Part shown: piece by piece, positions 41,701-57,000 of the stretch | How positions within the stretch are numbered: the first letter of the stretch is position 1 | Layout: each line of letters starts with the position of its first letter | Source: Halocafeteria seosinensis | Taxonomy: Eukaryota | Direction: 5' to 3' | Assembly (NCBI GenBank): GCA_001687465.1 | Contig: LVLI01000242.1 | Span: forward strand, 1 to 64,000 | DNA length: 64,000 nucleotides | The notes under the pieces: generated by a model | Told to the model about the DNA's origin: nothing | Database searches by the model: none | What the model saw: only the letters and a program-made list of their open reading frames with translations | Translations under genes and position numbers: made by a program

Positions 41701-44700
41701 GGGATATAATTTAACCTTGGTCAAGGATGTTGGGTGCAATCCGGCGATGGTGAAAAAGACCATTGCTAAATACATTGATCACAACGAGTTTGAAGTGTTA
41801 TCGGATGTAGGCACCGAAATAGCCTTCCAGCTACCAATGGGCGCTTCGGCAAAGTTTCCTTCAATGCTAAAGGAATTTGAAGATAATCGTCGTGAATTGA
41901 AGATCTACAATTTTGGTATCGGTGTTACAACTCTTGAAGAAGTATTTTTACGAGTGGCGGAGCAAGGTGCTGCGAAGGCCGCCACAAAAAGAGACCAAGA
42001 GGACGATAAGGTTCCGGATGATAATGGCAGCGTCAATGGCGTTGCAAATGTGCTTACTTCGCTTGGGAAAAGTCTTGGGAATCTAACTAAAGAAAGGACC
42101 AGTGGGAGTTCTGGAAGTGTCTCAGTGAAAATGCAAGACCTTTCGGGAAACCGTTCTGCCCGTGGTTCCAGTTTTGGCGGAGACGAATGGGTAGATACTT
42201 ATAAACGACCTGAGGAAGGTTTCGATCAGTCGATGTTTTTTACCCATTTCAAAACACTGTTTAGGAAGCGTTGGAATGTCGCTAAGCGCGATAAGCGTGC
42301 TTTGGTGTTTCAACTTTTTATTCCCGTCCTCGCTTTGCTGGCCGGTCTGCTTCTGCTGAAACTGAATCCCGCTCACAACCCACCCGAAATACTACTTTCT
42401 CCAACGAAGTTTAATCCGGATATTCCCAGGGGGGACTCTGGGGACTCCTCCACTTTCCAGGTCTTCCTTCGCGGAGAAGCAACTCGTGGAAGTAAGAAGC
42501 CGTCCCGAAAGGGGGCATTCAATCTCATGGCCGCCAACAACACGAAACCTGTGTGTAACCTGAAAAGGTGGCTGAATCAAACCCAAGAGGGAAGCCTTGA
42601 CATCGTAACCAATTTAACTAAATATGCTGGAAGAAATTATGTGAAGGACTTCTCCGCAGATTTTAACAAAATTAACAAAAGTGGTGACTCGAGAGAATTG
42701 TTTAACGATGTTGATGGAAACTCCAAGTCAAGCATGTCGAGCGCCTTGGCTTGTTTTGTTCCTCGAGAAAATTTCGGGAGTACGCCTTCGACATTGAGCT
42801 TACTAATCACTCCTGAAAGTGATCCGCTGACACTGCTCAATGAATCTTTCAAGTTATCACACTACTTACTGGATCAAGTCGGAACTAGTGCTGCTTCCCG
42901 GTACGGCGCATTCCTAGTCCCTGAATGGAGTAAGGTGAACGCACATAAGTTCAGCGAGAACACGACGGCAGTGATACTAGTAAACAGCACAGCTCTGCAT
43001 GGTATTCCCACATTTTTGAATGTCTTCAGCTCGTTGCTCTTCAGGCAGCTGTACCAGGATGACAGCCGGAACATCACAATTTTCAACTCCCCTTTTCCTT
43101 TTACCAACGCTCAACATGGGCAGATTAAATCAATCACGAGCTTTATTACAGTGCTGTTCATAGTGATTGCCTTTGCATTTATCCCGTCCTCGTTTGCGGT
43201 CTTCATTGTAAAAGAACGAGAAGTGAATGCGAAGCACCAGCAGCTGATTTCGGGCGTGTCGATCCCAGCGTATTGGGCGTCCACTTATGTTTGGGATATG
43301 GTTAACTATATCCCACCGTTAGTGGCTAGTATAATCTTGATTCTTGCCTTTGACGTGACGGAACTGATTGACGGTGGAGCCATTGGAGCTACCATACTTC
43401 TGTTTGTCTTTTACGGCCTGGCTGTGGCGGCGTTCACGTATTGCTTGTCGTATCTGTTCAAGAGCCACAGTACAGCTCAAACCGTTATACTTGTCGCGAA
43501 CTTAAGCTGTCTCGTGTTGCTATTGGCTAGCTTCATCATGCATCAGATACCCTCAACTTGTAAGGCGGATAGAGCCCTACGATTTGTGTATCGATTGATA
43601 CCAGGATACTCTTTGGGGAATGGCCTTCTGCGCCTATCGATTATGAAAGGTCTCATATATTCTGAAAACGACTGTGGCGAGCTATCACTCGAAGAACAGT
43701 TCTCTCAGAGCTTCCATCCTTTTTCAATGAGTGTTGCTGGATGGCCACTGCTTTATATGGCGCTTGAGGCGATCTTCTACTTCTTGTTGGCGGTAATGAT
43801 TGATGTATTTTTGTCTTATCCTTCATTACGGCAAGTAGTAGAAAAGGACAAGGATGTAGCAGATAAGCTTATCGAGGAAGACGAAGACGTATTGGCCGAG
43901 GCGGAAAGAGTGCAGAAAGGCGACGCTGATGGCGAAAGCATTGTTGTGCGAAACCTTAGAAAAGTCTATGGTGGTAGGAAAGTGGCTATCCGGAATTTAA
44001 GTTTTGGGATACCGGAAGGCAACGTTTTCGGTTTTCTCGGTATCAATGGTGCTGGCAAAACAACCACCCTAAAGATATTGTCTGGGGACTTACTCCCGAC
44101 GAAAGGCACTGCCCAGTTGGGGGGCAAAGATGTGCTCACGCAACAGATCGAATGCCGCCGGATGTTGGGATATTGTCCGCAGTTCGATGCTTTATTTGAA
44201 CTTCTGACAGTCCGGGAACACCTTGAGCTCTTTGCAAAGATTAAGGGCGTCCCCGATAATATGCTTGAATCTGTTGTGCAAGGCAAAATGCGGGAGATGG
44301 GTGTAAAGCAATTTGAGCATCGGTGCGCTGGTACTCTCTCTGGCGGTAACAAGCGCAAACTCTCTGTGGCGTTAGCAATGATCGGGGATCCCTCCATTGT
44401 CTTCTTGGATGAACCAAGCACTGGTATGGATCCGATGGCTCGGCGGTTTATGTGGGATGTCATTGAAAGAATTGCCACGAAAAATAAGAGATGCTCCATC
44501 ATTCTCACAACGCACTCCATGGAAGAATGTGAAGCACTTTGCACAAACGTTGGGATAATGGTTGGAGGGCGTCTTCGATGTCTCGGTTCTGTACAGCACT
44601 TGAAGAGTCGGTTCGGGAAAGGGTATTTGTTGGAGGCCAAACTCCGAAGTCCGAGTGATGAGTGGATACGAGATGTACACACGGAGGTCGAACGCTTTTG

Positions 44701-45235
44701 TGCTGGTGATGAAAACCCAGATGAAGAAAAACACCTGGCGATTACTGTCCGAAATTTGTCGGTCCTCTGTGAATTTCTAGGTGATAAAGACCGGCACAGG
44801 ATGATACACCCGGAAGGCTCTGGATGGTCACTAGCGACACAGCTCAATACCCAAGCGGCGTTAGATGTAGATGACTTTTGTGAGTGGTGGGCTGTTGAAA
44901 CTGTCGCTGCAAGGTTTAATGCCTTTGTTCTCGAAAATTTTGAAGGGGCCTATCTTGTGGAAAGGCACGGAGACTTGCTTCGGTACAAGCTGCCAGAGTT
45001 ATCGGTACCACTCTCGAAAATATTTGGAATGATTGAAGCAAAGAAGTCGAAACTCAACGTTGCAACCTATTCTTTGAGTCAAACCACACTGGAGCAAATA
45101 TTCAACATATTCGCTTCTCAGCAAGAGGAGGAAACAGGTGCTGTCCGTGGTATGGCTAGAGAACCTGAATCTAGTGGGAGTGCAGCTGGGGATAAGTCTC
45201 AAGATGCGAGCTCTTACAAGAAACTTGAAGATTGA
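38783..45235 (+). CDS. Full-size ABCA-subfamily ABC transporter (spliced 5' part)
   Basis: Two NBDs (GHNGAGKST...LSGGQKRKL...DEPTSGMD; GINGAGKTT...LSGGNKRKL...DEPSTGMD), two TM domains, and ABCA motifs 'EKETKIREGMKMMG', 'TTLEEVF', 'QTTLEQIF'. Confidence 0.96.
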
Positions 45236-45471
45236 ACAATATAACTCTACTTCCTTCATCCCTGAAACAAAATATGACCTCGTGTCGTTTGTCTTAGGGT
45301 AGAAATGCTACATTATGTGGATACTCCTTGTGTATGTAATCTGATAAGGCACTCATTCAGCACAATCATACGGACAAGATACAATTGTCCATTATCCTTT
45401 CCAAGATACAGAAAAGAGTATACCTACAGAAGACGGAGGTGTGATACAGACAGTGCTTTCAAGTCCACTCA

Positions 45472-48400
45472 CTACTCGGCAAAACTGCGTACAGGATTGT
45501 CAACAGACCTTCGCTCTGTGTACGCGTTTGCGGCTTGTTGGGTGTTAGCTTCCCTCGACTGGATGGCTGAAGGCATCTCATTGGAAACGACCTCTTCATC
45601 GGCTGGTTTACCCCCCATTTTCTTCTTGACAAAGATACCCCCACCGATCAAAAGACCTAGCGCAGCAAGACCTCCAACGACACCGCCTGCGATTGCTCCG
45701 GCACTATCGCTAAGTGCGCTACTGCCACCACCACCTGTAGGACTAGGGGTGGGAGTGGGACAAATATCCTGTAAAGAGGGGGGTGTTGTAGCTGCAAGTA
45801 TTGAGCGAAACAAAAATGGTAAAAAAACCAGCTGGTGAACTAAAGAAGACGAAAAAGAGCATACCTCGCACTTGGTAATCACCTTGGTCAACACCAGGAA
45901 AATCATTCCGATCAGGCAAGTTAGGGAAATGCTCGTGATCACAACCTTTAGTAAAGGTACCCACACCATTGTTCCAACCAATATAGTGGGGATTCAGCCA
46001 AAGGTACTGCTCTCCTTCAATACCATACGCAGAATCATATTCGAAAGTCATGCAATACCAGTTCTTGTACTGATCACTGCTCCCGCCGTTGCCTCCATCC
46101 GGATTTACTACATGCCTGCATGCAGAAAAAGTTCCATAGTGAAGTACCTAACTGGCTACCTGACGGAAGCGTCTTACTTCAGCTTGGCGCACCGACAGAC
46201 TTGGTTTGCACTCTTATAGTTTCGACAGAATACGAACAAGTTATCTTGCTCGTTGGGGTTCATTGAGAGATCCAGGGTTGCCCGTGTTCCATCTTGCAAG
46301 AAGAAGAACCCCGTCCTGCAACAACGTTTCACACGACCTTCGTGATCCATGCATAGAGAAAGAGACACTCATCTTCAACACGTACTGGACTTCCCCAGGA
46401 AGTCGTTCACACATCTGATGTTTAACGTCAGACAAACCACCAGTATTATCGCAATTCGCTGCCAGTTTGGCTTGGCTACCCTCGTTGTTGATAATGAAAC
46501 TCCTTTGTTTATCCGATATCCCGTATGTGGTGTGATAGTTGAACGTAATACATGTTGTGTCAGTTGTATCGGTGATGTTTCTGCAGATCATTATAACTAT
46601 CAAATACTACTAGAAACACGAAGGGAGGAACGAATCTAGTACGTACTCTAATGACGCCATGTTACAGTGACCGTTTCCGGTGCAAAACTCGAAGTAGTCT
46701 TGGTGCTCGTCGTCTCGACCAGGATGACTACTCAAGTCTACCGACCCACATGTGCCGGATTGACCACCTCGGCTTACACCTTGCATAATCTGATTTTCTT
46801 GTCTGTCCAAGCCAAGTCAACAGTTTCATAATAGCAGTCCGATGACGGGGCGTTAGGTTCGTCTGATAAGACGTACCTTGTATCCTCAGGCATCACCGGG
46901 CACACGCCTTCTGCAGCACAACAGTACATCCTTTAACACTTGTAAGTATGCAACAATATCAAACCGACGAGAAACAGGCTATACCTTCAAGAGCACTCCA
47001 ATGCCCTTCTCCAGGAAACGAATCACAGGAATCACCGCCGAATACCGCCCTTTCACCGAAGTCTTCAAGCCAAAGTGCTGTTGTAATGAGACCTCCTTCG
47101 AATGGTGCTGCAAACTTTATACAGCTCCAGGTATCTCCGGAATGGATGTCGTGACCGAATCCCCTGCATAAACCATCAACCTAACGCTTCTAGTCATTGG
47201 TGAGTACTTGTATATGAGCTTCCTTACTTGATAATGGCTGTCTCGTCTTCGTAATGGGAGTCACGCGAGAAGGTGCAATTTCGATGTCTTCCTATTCCTC
47301 TACATATGACGAATTGAGCGTCGCCAAAGTAGAAGCCTTCGGCGTGCTCATCTGTTACTAGAGGTGCAACTGTGAAGTTAAAGGATGTGCAGACATCGTT
47401 CGAGCCATGCCTATCCCAGAAACGCCATTGCTTTCTGCGTACACCGATATGGTACGATGATCGCACCACCTATTTACAACTTAAAGACAGCACTTCAGCA
47501 TACCTTAAAGCGGGAGGAAGTGCATGACACATTTCCCCTGTGGCCAAGCACAAATAAAGCACCAATTGCCTTCGTACCTTTTAATCTACCAAACCCAACA
47601 AAAACAAGACGACCTTACCCTTAGTAACCATGCTTCGACGAAAATCTAGCACAGGTTTGGATAGACAATCTGACGATAATGCCGCATTGTTCCCATCAGC
47701 ATCTATCCACAGATGACGTTGTTCATCCTGATGCAGAGTCGTATTAAAGTTGATACAGTACCACCGCTCGTCATTTTCGCCGTGTCTGCAGTAGACAAAA
47801 CCAAACGAGCTCCATACATATGTATTAAAAAGAAAAAGAAGAGAGAGTGTCACAACTACAACGTACTGGCTCGACTGGATAGTCCAGATGACAGCATTCC
47901 CATCACAAGAACGACCGGGAGAGTGAGTCGCGTTCAATGGACCGCCCTGACAATAGCCAAACTGGCTGTACCTGTCATCATTATATCCACCCGCCGCCGG
48001 ATCTTTTGAAAAATTAAAAGATTGACATGTTCCATCGAAATCCTTAAAACGGAGAGGCCGTCTGTGCAATTGATAAATTGCCAAGGAAGAACGAATACAG
48101 CGTGATAATGTCTACAGTTCTAAGCTACAACACGCGGACTTACTTCAAGGCATCTGGTAAACCAGTGCAGCGATCATCTGAGGCAGAACGACACGGCACA
48201 CGTCATTACAAACCGTTGGAACAGAGAAAAAGATTCTCGACCTACTTTCGAGAGAATAAAGCGAGGGAGCAGTCTCCGCACATTCTCCTTCAGATACAGA
48301 AGCTTTTTTCTCATCGTCATTCGAGTCGTCCTTCACGTACAATGCCATGGTTTCCTCGTCCCACTTAAACTCGATGCAGTAAGTGTCACTGCTTTCGCCC

Positions 48401-50223
48401 ACTTCCCTTATATCCCTGTGACCCATTTTACTAGCGTAAACAACGTTGGGTGATGCCTCTTGTTGTATACTAACGCTTGGAACGTACTTCACAGAGGCCG
48501 GCAAGCACTTTGCCAAAGTTGGCGCATACGTATCCTCTCTATCGCGGCAATACTGGAATTCTTCGCCTGGCGAGTTTGATGGCTGGGAAGTAAGATCGAA
48601 AGAATGGCAAATGTCGCCGTCGTCGCCACCCTTATTGAAATGTTTAATCTTGCTGCGTATCGCAGAAGAGGAAAAGTGAAAAACGAAAATCGCTTACTAC
48701 AGAAAAAATAAAAAAAATCCATAAAACCACACTACTGTATGTCCTCGCTTAATAGCTTACCTAAACGATGGCAGTGACGGGCATTTCTTCCCCTCTGTAC
48801 CACAGTTCGCAACCGGGAATACGGCACGAACAATGTTGCTGCTTTCAGCTCGCATTGCTTACCAGTAGTATCACCTTTATTATCCGGCAAGGCCGATGAT
48901 ACACATAAATCTCCAAGACCGTGTGTATCAACGGCGCGCACACCGGCCTTTGAATCACCACTGTTTATCCATAGTTCCCAAAATGGGTGTTCCTCGGTCG
49001 ATGGGGCGCGCAGCGCAACGCATGTCCAATCCTTGTTCCCATTTACTTGCGAGCTTATCTTCCTGCGAACAAAGCAAATCAGTGGCAACTTGTTGCAAAA
49101 CAGGTTCCGCCGTGCTCCACGTACTCTACCTCAACAGTGTCCTCCCAACAGTTCCGGTCACCCCATGCTCCTTGGCAAAAAAGCGGAAGGGTATCGGAGG
49201 GCTTCACCTTGTCGTCTCCAAAGTTGAACGTATAGCAGATCTTATCTTCTTCATCAAAACCGAAGCGGAAATTGTGATCCATGCGGAAATGCTTCGGCAC
49301 CTCGCCGCACAAAGCATCTGGGCACAGCCAAATTCACACGAACATACACGCAACAACTCACAGAAAGCGACACTACTACGTACTCTCCATTTGTGATTGG
49401 TACATTGACAAAGGGACGTCACCATCGCAATCGGACGCTCGCACAGCGTGCAGATCCTTTTCATTTTCATCAACCTTCATCCATACATACCGCGAGTCGC
49501 TCTCATCATGCAGTCTATATTGGATGCATCTCCAATTGCCACCCTCGTCGGTGTGGTGCCTGAGGTAACAGAAAAGAAGGAGAAACTTCAAGTCGTGTAC
49601 GTTCACGAAACAGAGCACACTTTATACAATCCATACTGGATGGTTCCCCAAGTTTGGGTCAATGATCCATCAAGCGGTCTTTCCCAATAGTCAAACGTGC
49701 TGCTTTCATTAAACTTGAACGAGAAGCAGTCTGCTCTTCGCGGATCCTCGGTGTATTTCCGTATCTCATTGAATCTCCATGCTTTCCTGCATTCCAATCA
49801 ATGTGTATGCAGGATACTATTTTCACCAAAAACTAAGAAAAGCAGAGCCTTGATCCCATGCTATACCGGTAGGGAGCATAATCCTGGGGGAACAACACTC
49901 CTCGCTGTCCTGAATCCCCTCTTTTCCATCCATTTCCCCCACTTTAACAACGACCAGCACTTACTGGAATTTTGGAGGAAGTTTGGTGTCAGCAAGCGCA
50001 CTCGTTGAACCAAGGAATACGGCTGAAATAAGAGCTACAGATGCTCTCAAAGCTCCCATTATCCTCGTTGGGCTTTGGGTCTCCCCTTTACGGCACCACA
50101 ACCCTGCTTTTTTCTCGCGTCTTTCAGCACCTGTGTGTGCTTAAGTGTCTTCTCCTTTACGCGAAACCAATCCGAGTGCTGTGGAAGCAAGTATACACTG
50201 ATGGCAAGCCCTTTAAGTCTCAT
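45472..50223 (-). CDS. Large type-I membrane protein with ~7 tandem Cys-rich extracellular repeats (multi-exon; 5' end uncertain)
   Basis: Recurring CxSF(N/D)F...FxxC and WxCIxF...LWI blocks across exons; PTPTPSP stalk; TM 'AGAIAGGVVGGLAALGLLIGGGIFV'-KKK; short cytoplasmic tail. Confidence 0.72.
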
Positions 50224-50654
50224 TGTATCCAATCTCGCCCGTCCGGTGCGAAGGGGAGCTGTTCTGTCGCAACCCCCCTTCGGGTTCCCCTCAACGAAAT
50301 GACAAAAAAGGTATCCTACCGTACAATCTTTTCTTGGAGATAGAAGACTCCGGAAATCCATTCTTTGCCAATGGAATGCAAAAAACAGTTAAGAGCATAT
50401 GCAAGTTCCAGGGGAAATGATGACGACGGGATCGAAAACCGTCAGTTTGGACGCTTGTGAATGGGTACAAAGGGAGGAAAAGAATCTCAGATTCTGTCGC
50501 AACGTGCGAGCTCCGGCGCTACACACTCCATCTATACACACCTTGCATTGCTTCAACTTGCTTGCAATACCCATATCTCTCCGTATTGTCGACTTTTACG
50601 CTCCTCCCTCTCCTTCAATAGTTAGTTTCATGTGGGACGTCAGAAGCACATGAA

Positions 50655-51526
50655 ATGCGCTCTTCCACGGTACTGGCGTGGATTGCCATCGGATCCCTGG
50701 CGGGGACTTTATGGAGGGATTTGAGCTTTTCCAGCTCCTCTCCAGTAGATAAGCCACCCTCAGACCGTCCTGCAGGCACCGCAGAAGCTCAGAATACCCC
50801 CGCGCCTCGTGTGGAAGTGAACGATGTCGAGGATCCCTTTGCTGAAGAGGATGACTTTGAGCCGAGGGAACTAAGTTCAAGCAGACTTTTGCGTTATGTC
50901 TATTGCACAGCCTGATCATACCAGGGGGAGTTTGCGAGACAGCAAAAGTACTTCTCGCATACCTTCCCCGAACTAGATGTGGTCGGAGAGAACTACCCTG
51001 CGGCCCTATGGAAACGAGTAGGTCCATCCATCTCCCCTTGGTCTGACTAACTTCATTTATGATGTTTGCTCCCTTACAGGCTCTTGCAACCCTGATCATG
51101 ACCATTCAATACGCTCTATTAGCACTAGGATTCTTTCGAGAAAAGGTTTGTTTGTGCCTGTTTCCAGCGTTGTAGCTATCGTTCACACTGTTGCGGTTTT
51201 TACTTGCAGATCGAGCAACGTATCGGGTGGACACTTCCTGCAAGACTCAGAGAACTAGTAGAGAGCAAACTGTATTTGATCGCCAGTTTCCTTATTTTAG
51301 GCCAACTCAGCAGTCAGCTCACGGCCACGGGTGCGTTTGAAGTGTACCTGGGGGATGACCTTCTCTTCTCCAAACTAGAAACGGGTCGTCCGCCTACCAT
51401 TAATGTACGTAGGAGGCTCCTTAGTCTCTAGGAATTACTACGGGCAACCGTGCTGTGGTGCCTGTAAAAATGCAGGAAATTTATACTCCTTTAGTCGAGG
51501 TTTATGGGTTCGAGCCTTTGGATTAG
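50655..51526 (+). CDS. SELENOT: Selenoprotein T-like (Rdx family) with in-frame UGA = Sec
   Basis: Signal peptide; 'RYVYCTA-TGA(50913-15)-SYQGEF...FPELDVVGENYP' = CxxU; later 'QLTATGAFEVYLGDDLLFSKLETGRPP'. Three GT-AG introns (~51018-51079, ~51146-51209, ~51405-51475). Stop TAG 51524-51526. Confidence 0.92.
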
Positions 51527-51590
51527 CTACCCACGGTTATGAAAGTAATGTCAACAGCGTGCGGATCTTTCCGGAAGTAGTAAGGACAGT

Positions 51591-51711
51591 CTATTCTACT
51601 GGGCTAATGACGACTGTGGTTCGTCTGAAACAGCGTAGAAACGCGGATTCGACGAACTTGTGTAAAGCACTATCAAGTGACCACCGCAGTCCGAGACGCG
51701 CAGAGGAATAG
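51591..51711 (+). promoter_or_regulatory. Candidate SECIS element in the SelT 3' UTR
   Basis: ATGA (51607) ... CGAG (51692-95) core; helix II GACTGTGGT/ACCGCAGTC; helix I CTATTC..CTG / CAG..GAATAG. Confidence 0.72.
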
Positions 51712-51783
51712 GCGATTAATATACGCGGCGGTGTATTGTATAGCGACCATCCTTGTTACGATCTAACTAATTCTATCCATGTG

Positions 51784-53912
<2,129 letters not shown>

Positions 53913-54138
53913 CTAGTTGTTGGTGGTCAGCAAGTTCAAGAAAAAACGGCAGCCAGCCAACCCTACTCGTCACGACTCTTATGGAACGAGTGTAGATACA
54001 GAGGCTGTTTCGGTGTGAAGTTCGCTGTGAAGCAATTTTTGGCGAAGTGGGTAACGAAGACTCTTCGAAGAGGACATTACTGCAAGCGCACCCCGCGCCT
54101 TTGCTTGAGGACGAAAGCGGAGGAAATGAACAACCAAA

Positions 54139-55829
54139 CTACCTCTCCGATCGTTTCTTGAGTCCGATCGAGCGGCTTCGTTTCCGGGTACTCGCGGATC
54201 TCCCGCGGGAAGTGTGAGAATCAGTAACAGGACCTTCCGCCGAAACATTATGCAGCTTGTACGACTTAACACTAGAGGGCGACTGAATCCCTACGTTATT
54301 GTCCTCTTCTTCCTCACTACTTTCATCTTTCCCTTCATTGCCATTAAACCTCAATGCTTTCCTTGTATCGGATAAGGGATTGGATTTCCCTTCGAATCCG
54401 AGCATTGCTCTGTATCCTCCAAAGTATCCCATTATACTATCCGCCCAAGCTACGGGTAATAACTGCACAAGAGGAATTACAAGGCTGGCTAGCGGTGGGA
54501 TAATTACTACCTGCACGCATACGAGGCACATTCTTCACACCTAAAACGTTTATAGGACACCAGCCGCTCACCTCTTTATCGTATATGATCCCATCTATAA
54601 CATGTTGTGCCACCTCTTCTGGTCTTAATGTTGGAAAGAGCAAACGCCTCAGCGTCGTATCAGTATCGTCAGAATAAGCTCCACTAAACATCCCGGTCGA
54701 CACCAGACATGGCATCACTGTAAGCGTTCGGATATACGAATTCAGACCCTCTGATTTCATTTCTAGCCGTAAAGACGTCATGAAATTTGAATGGGCAGCT
54801 TTACTGGCGCAGTAGTCACTTAATTGTCGAGAGCTGTACTCCGAGTATACACACAACCCGGTAATTCCTTCCCTGCAATGTGTTCACATGCACGTACCCG
54901 ACTAAGCCCATTATGCTCGATATCCCCACGATGTGCCCGTGTTCGCCTTCTATCATTGCCGGCAAGAATGCCTTGGTCAAGTAAAAGGGACCATTTGTGT
55001 TAATAGCCATTGTGCGGTCGAATTCTTCCGTCGTCACATCCTCAACAGTCTTGCCCACAACAATTCCTGAAAAACGTAATCGTTATGTTCGGTACAGGAA
55101 AAACAAGCCTGCTTCAATTAATATGTAATAAGAGGAGTACATACCTGCATTATTCACTAGAATACTGATATATCGATCACTGCCAATCTTGTCTTCAATC
55201 TCTTCAGCCAACGCGAATACAGCCGAGCAGTCAGATACATCCAGACGAGCCATCCAGACCTCCGCGTCAGGATATTGCACCGTAATATCGTCGGCAACTT
55301 CGCGTAGCCCTTGTGTATCGATATCTACCAGAACTAGTGAGCACCTTTGCGCCGCGAGCTGATACGCAATCTCCAGCCCAATCCCTGTGTGCGCACAACC
55401 AATGAGTGGTGATATCTAAAGCGGCAAACCAGGTACTCGTTGGTGCATCTCACACTCACCTGACGCGCTTCCTGTGACCAACGCAATTTCGCCCTCCAAA
55501 GCATTTCGCTGTGGATTCCAACGTCCAGTGCCGCAGCAACAGGCTCGTAACAGTGCTCCTTTGCAGCCTAATGCCTGATTCCGGACGCGTCGGAGGCGTC
55601 GTCCGTGTTTCCTGTAATAATGACGCTGTTTCCGGCCGTGGGAAAATCTCGACCGAGTATGGAATTGTCGACTCGCCATCTCCATCCTACTGTAAGGACT
55701 CCGAAGTCCCTGTGTTGGCGCTGTATCCGATGGTGTAAAGCAATATTGGAGCAATAATACCACTCCAAGGATGGACGACACCGTTATAGAAATCGTCCAA
55801 AACAGCTCGATCCCGGGATCGAAATCCAT
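54139..55829 (-). CDS. Short-chain dehydrogenase/reductase (RDH/17-beta-HSD11-like), N-terminal TM anchor, multi-exon
   Basis: 'ALVTGSAS|GIG', 'LDVSD', 'ILVNNAG', 'ISSIMG', catalytic 'DYCASK', 'TGMF'. Confidence 0.9.
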
Positions 55830-56439
55830 TATCCCTTTCTGTCTTCTGTCTACAACTCAGTGGCTTAAAAAGTTCAACAAAATTTGGTGGACGACGCGCG
55901 GCCGTGGGACAGAGTGACACGACACTACAGTGCCGTGTACTATGACCGACCGGGATTATTTTTTATTGGTAATAAGTGGTGGATATATTCATTGACTTAT
56001 CCTTCCTTTCCATGCCATTATTTCAACACTTAACGGCTGGAACGAACAGTCTCTCGACCCGGTACGTAGCGTTGCGATCTTGCGACTGACCTGGACGTAA
56101 TGTACCCACGCGGTAACATACAGGTACGTGTACCCCTTTATCAACTGATTTGAAAGCAGAGAAAATTCCTTGACAACACTTACAGTAAACGATGAACTAG
56201 CTCTAGACTCTAAGCTCTATGCCCCACTACCCCTAGAAACTGTGAGTCGCAGTCTGTGACCTGATGCTGGTCCGTTGCTGCTTTATGCATTTTGGACACG
56301 CTTACCGTCCTTCTTCTCGAAATCCTAGGGGTTTTCGTTCTCTTGATATATCAAAGCGAGTTCACATGTTGGACGACTGGATCCAAAGTGTTCAAATCAC
56401 AGTCCTCCGCTGTCAAACTGCTAAATTCGGTAAACGCTG

Positions 56440-57000
56440 AAAAGCAGACTAAAATATTGTGGACTGGTTCCAACCCGAGATATCCAGCGAGGTCAAGCTG
56501 GAGAGATATCGAACCCCGTGATCAGTTATGGCCAATTGTTTGCACCCGCTCATGTCCATATATCTCAACTTCGACAAGTGTTTGAAAGCGGAGTCTGTAA
56601 ACTTCTCGCATTCGACAGTATCCGAAGACGTCAAACTAGGCAAATGTTGAAACGCAGAATCCGTGATGGAGGACAGGTGGCAGAAGCTGATATTCAGACG
56701 TTTCAATGTGGGTAAGTGTGGGAAAGCAGCATATGATATATATATGTAGTCACTTCGCCGCATCCCTTGATATCCAGCAAAGTCACAGGTGTTGAAAGGC
56801 AGAATCGGTCACGGGGCACCATCCAGCATTCAGATACCTCAACTTTGACGAATGTCTGAAAGCAGAATCAGCCAGCTGCAAGCAGTTATGCATTATCCAA
56901 GAAAGTCAAATTGGACAAATGCTGAAAAGCAAAATTCGTGATGTTAGCATGACATGTTCAGGGATGCCAAATTTGAGAAATGTTGAAAGGATGAGTCCGC
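56440..57000 (-). pseudogene. Degraded leucine-rich-repeat (FBXL/AMN1-type) coding remnant
   Basis: Repeated 'ITDSAFQHLPSLTS', 'FTDSAFKHLSKLRYMDMSGCKQL', 'LTSLDISGW'. Further ADSAFRH/TNFAFQHL units in other frames, separated by frameshifts and stops. Confidence 0.7.

Noticed and set aside
43966..44847. 293-aa antisense ORF and the many other shadow ORFs
   Set aside because: They lie opposite well-supported genes and show no independent motifs.
46885..46935. Possible second Sec codon (C-A-R-TGA) in the repeat protein
   Set aside because: Using the CTGCAG acceptor gives an open frame (EGVCPVMPEDT), so the TGA is out of frame.
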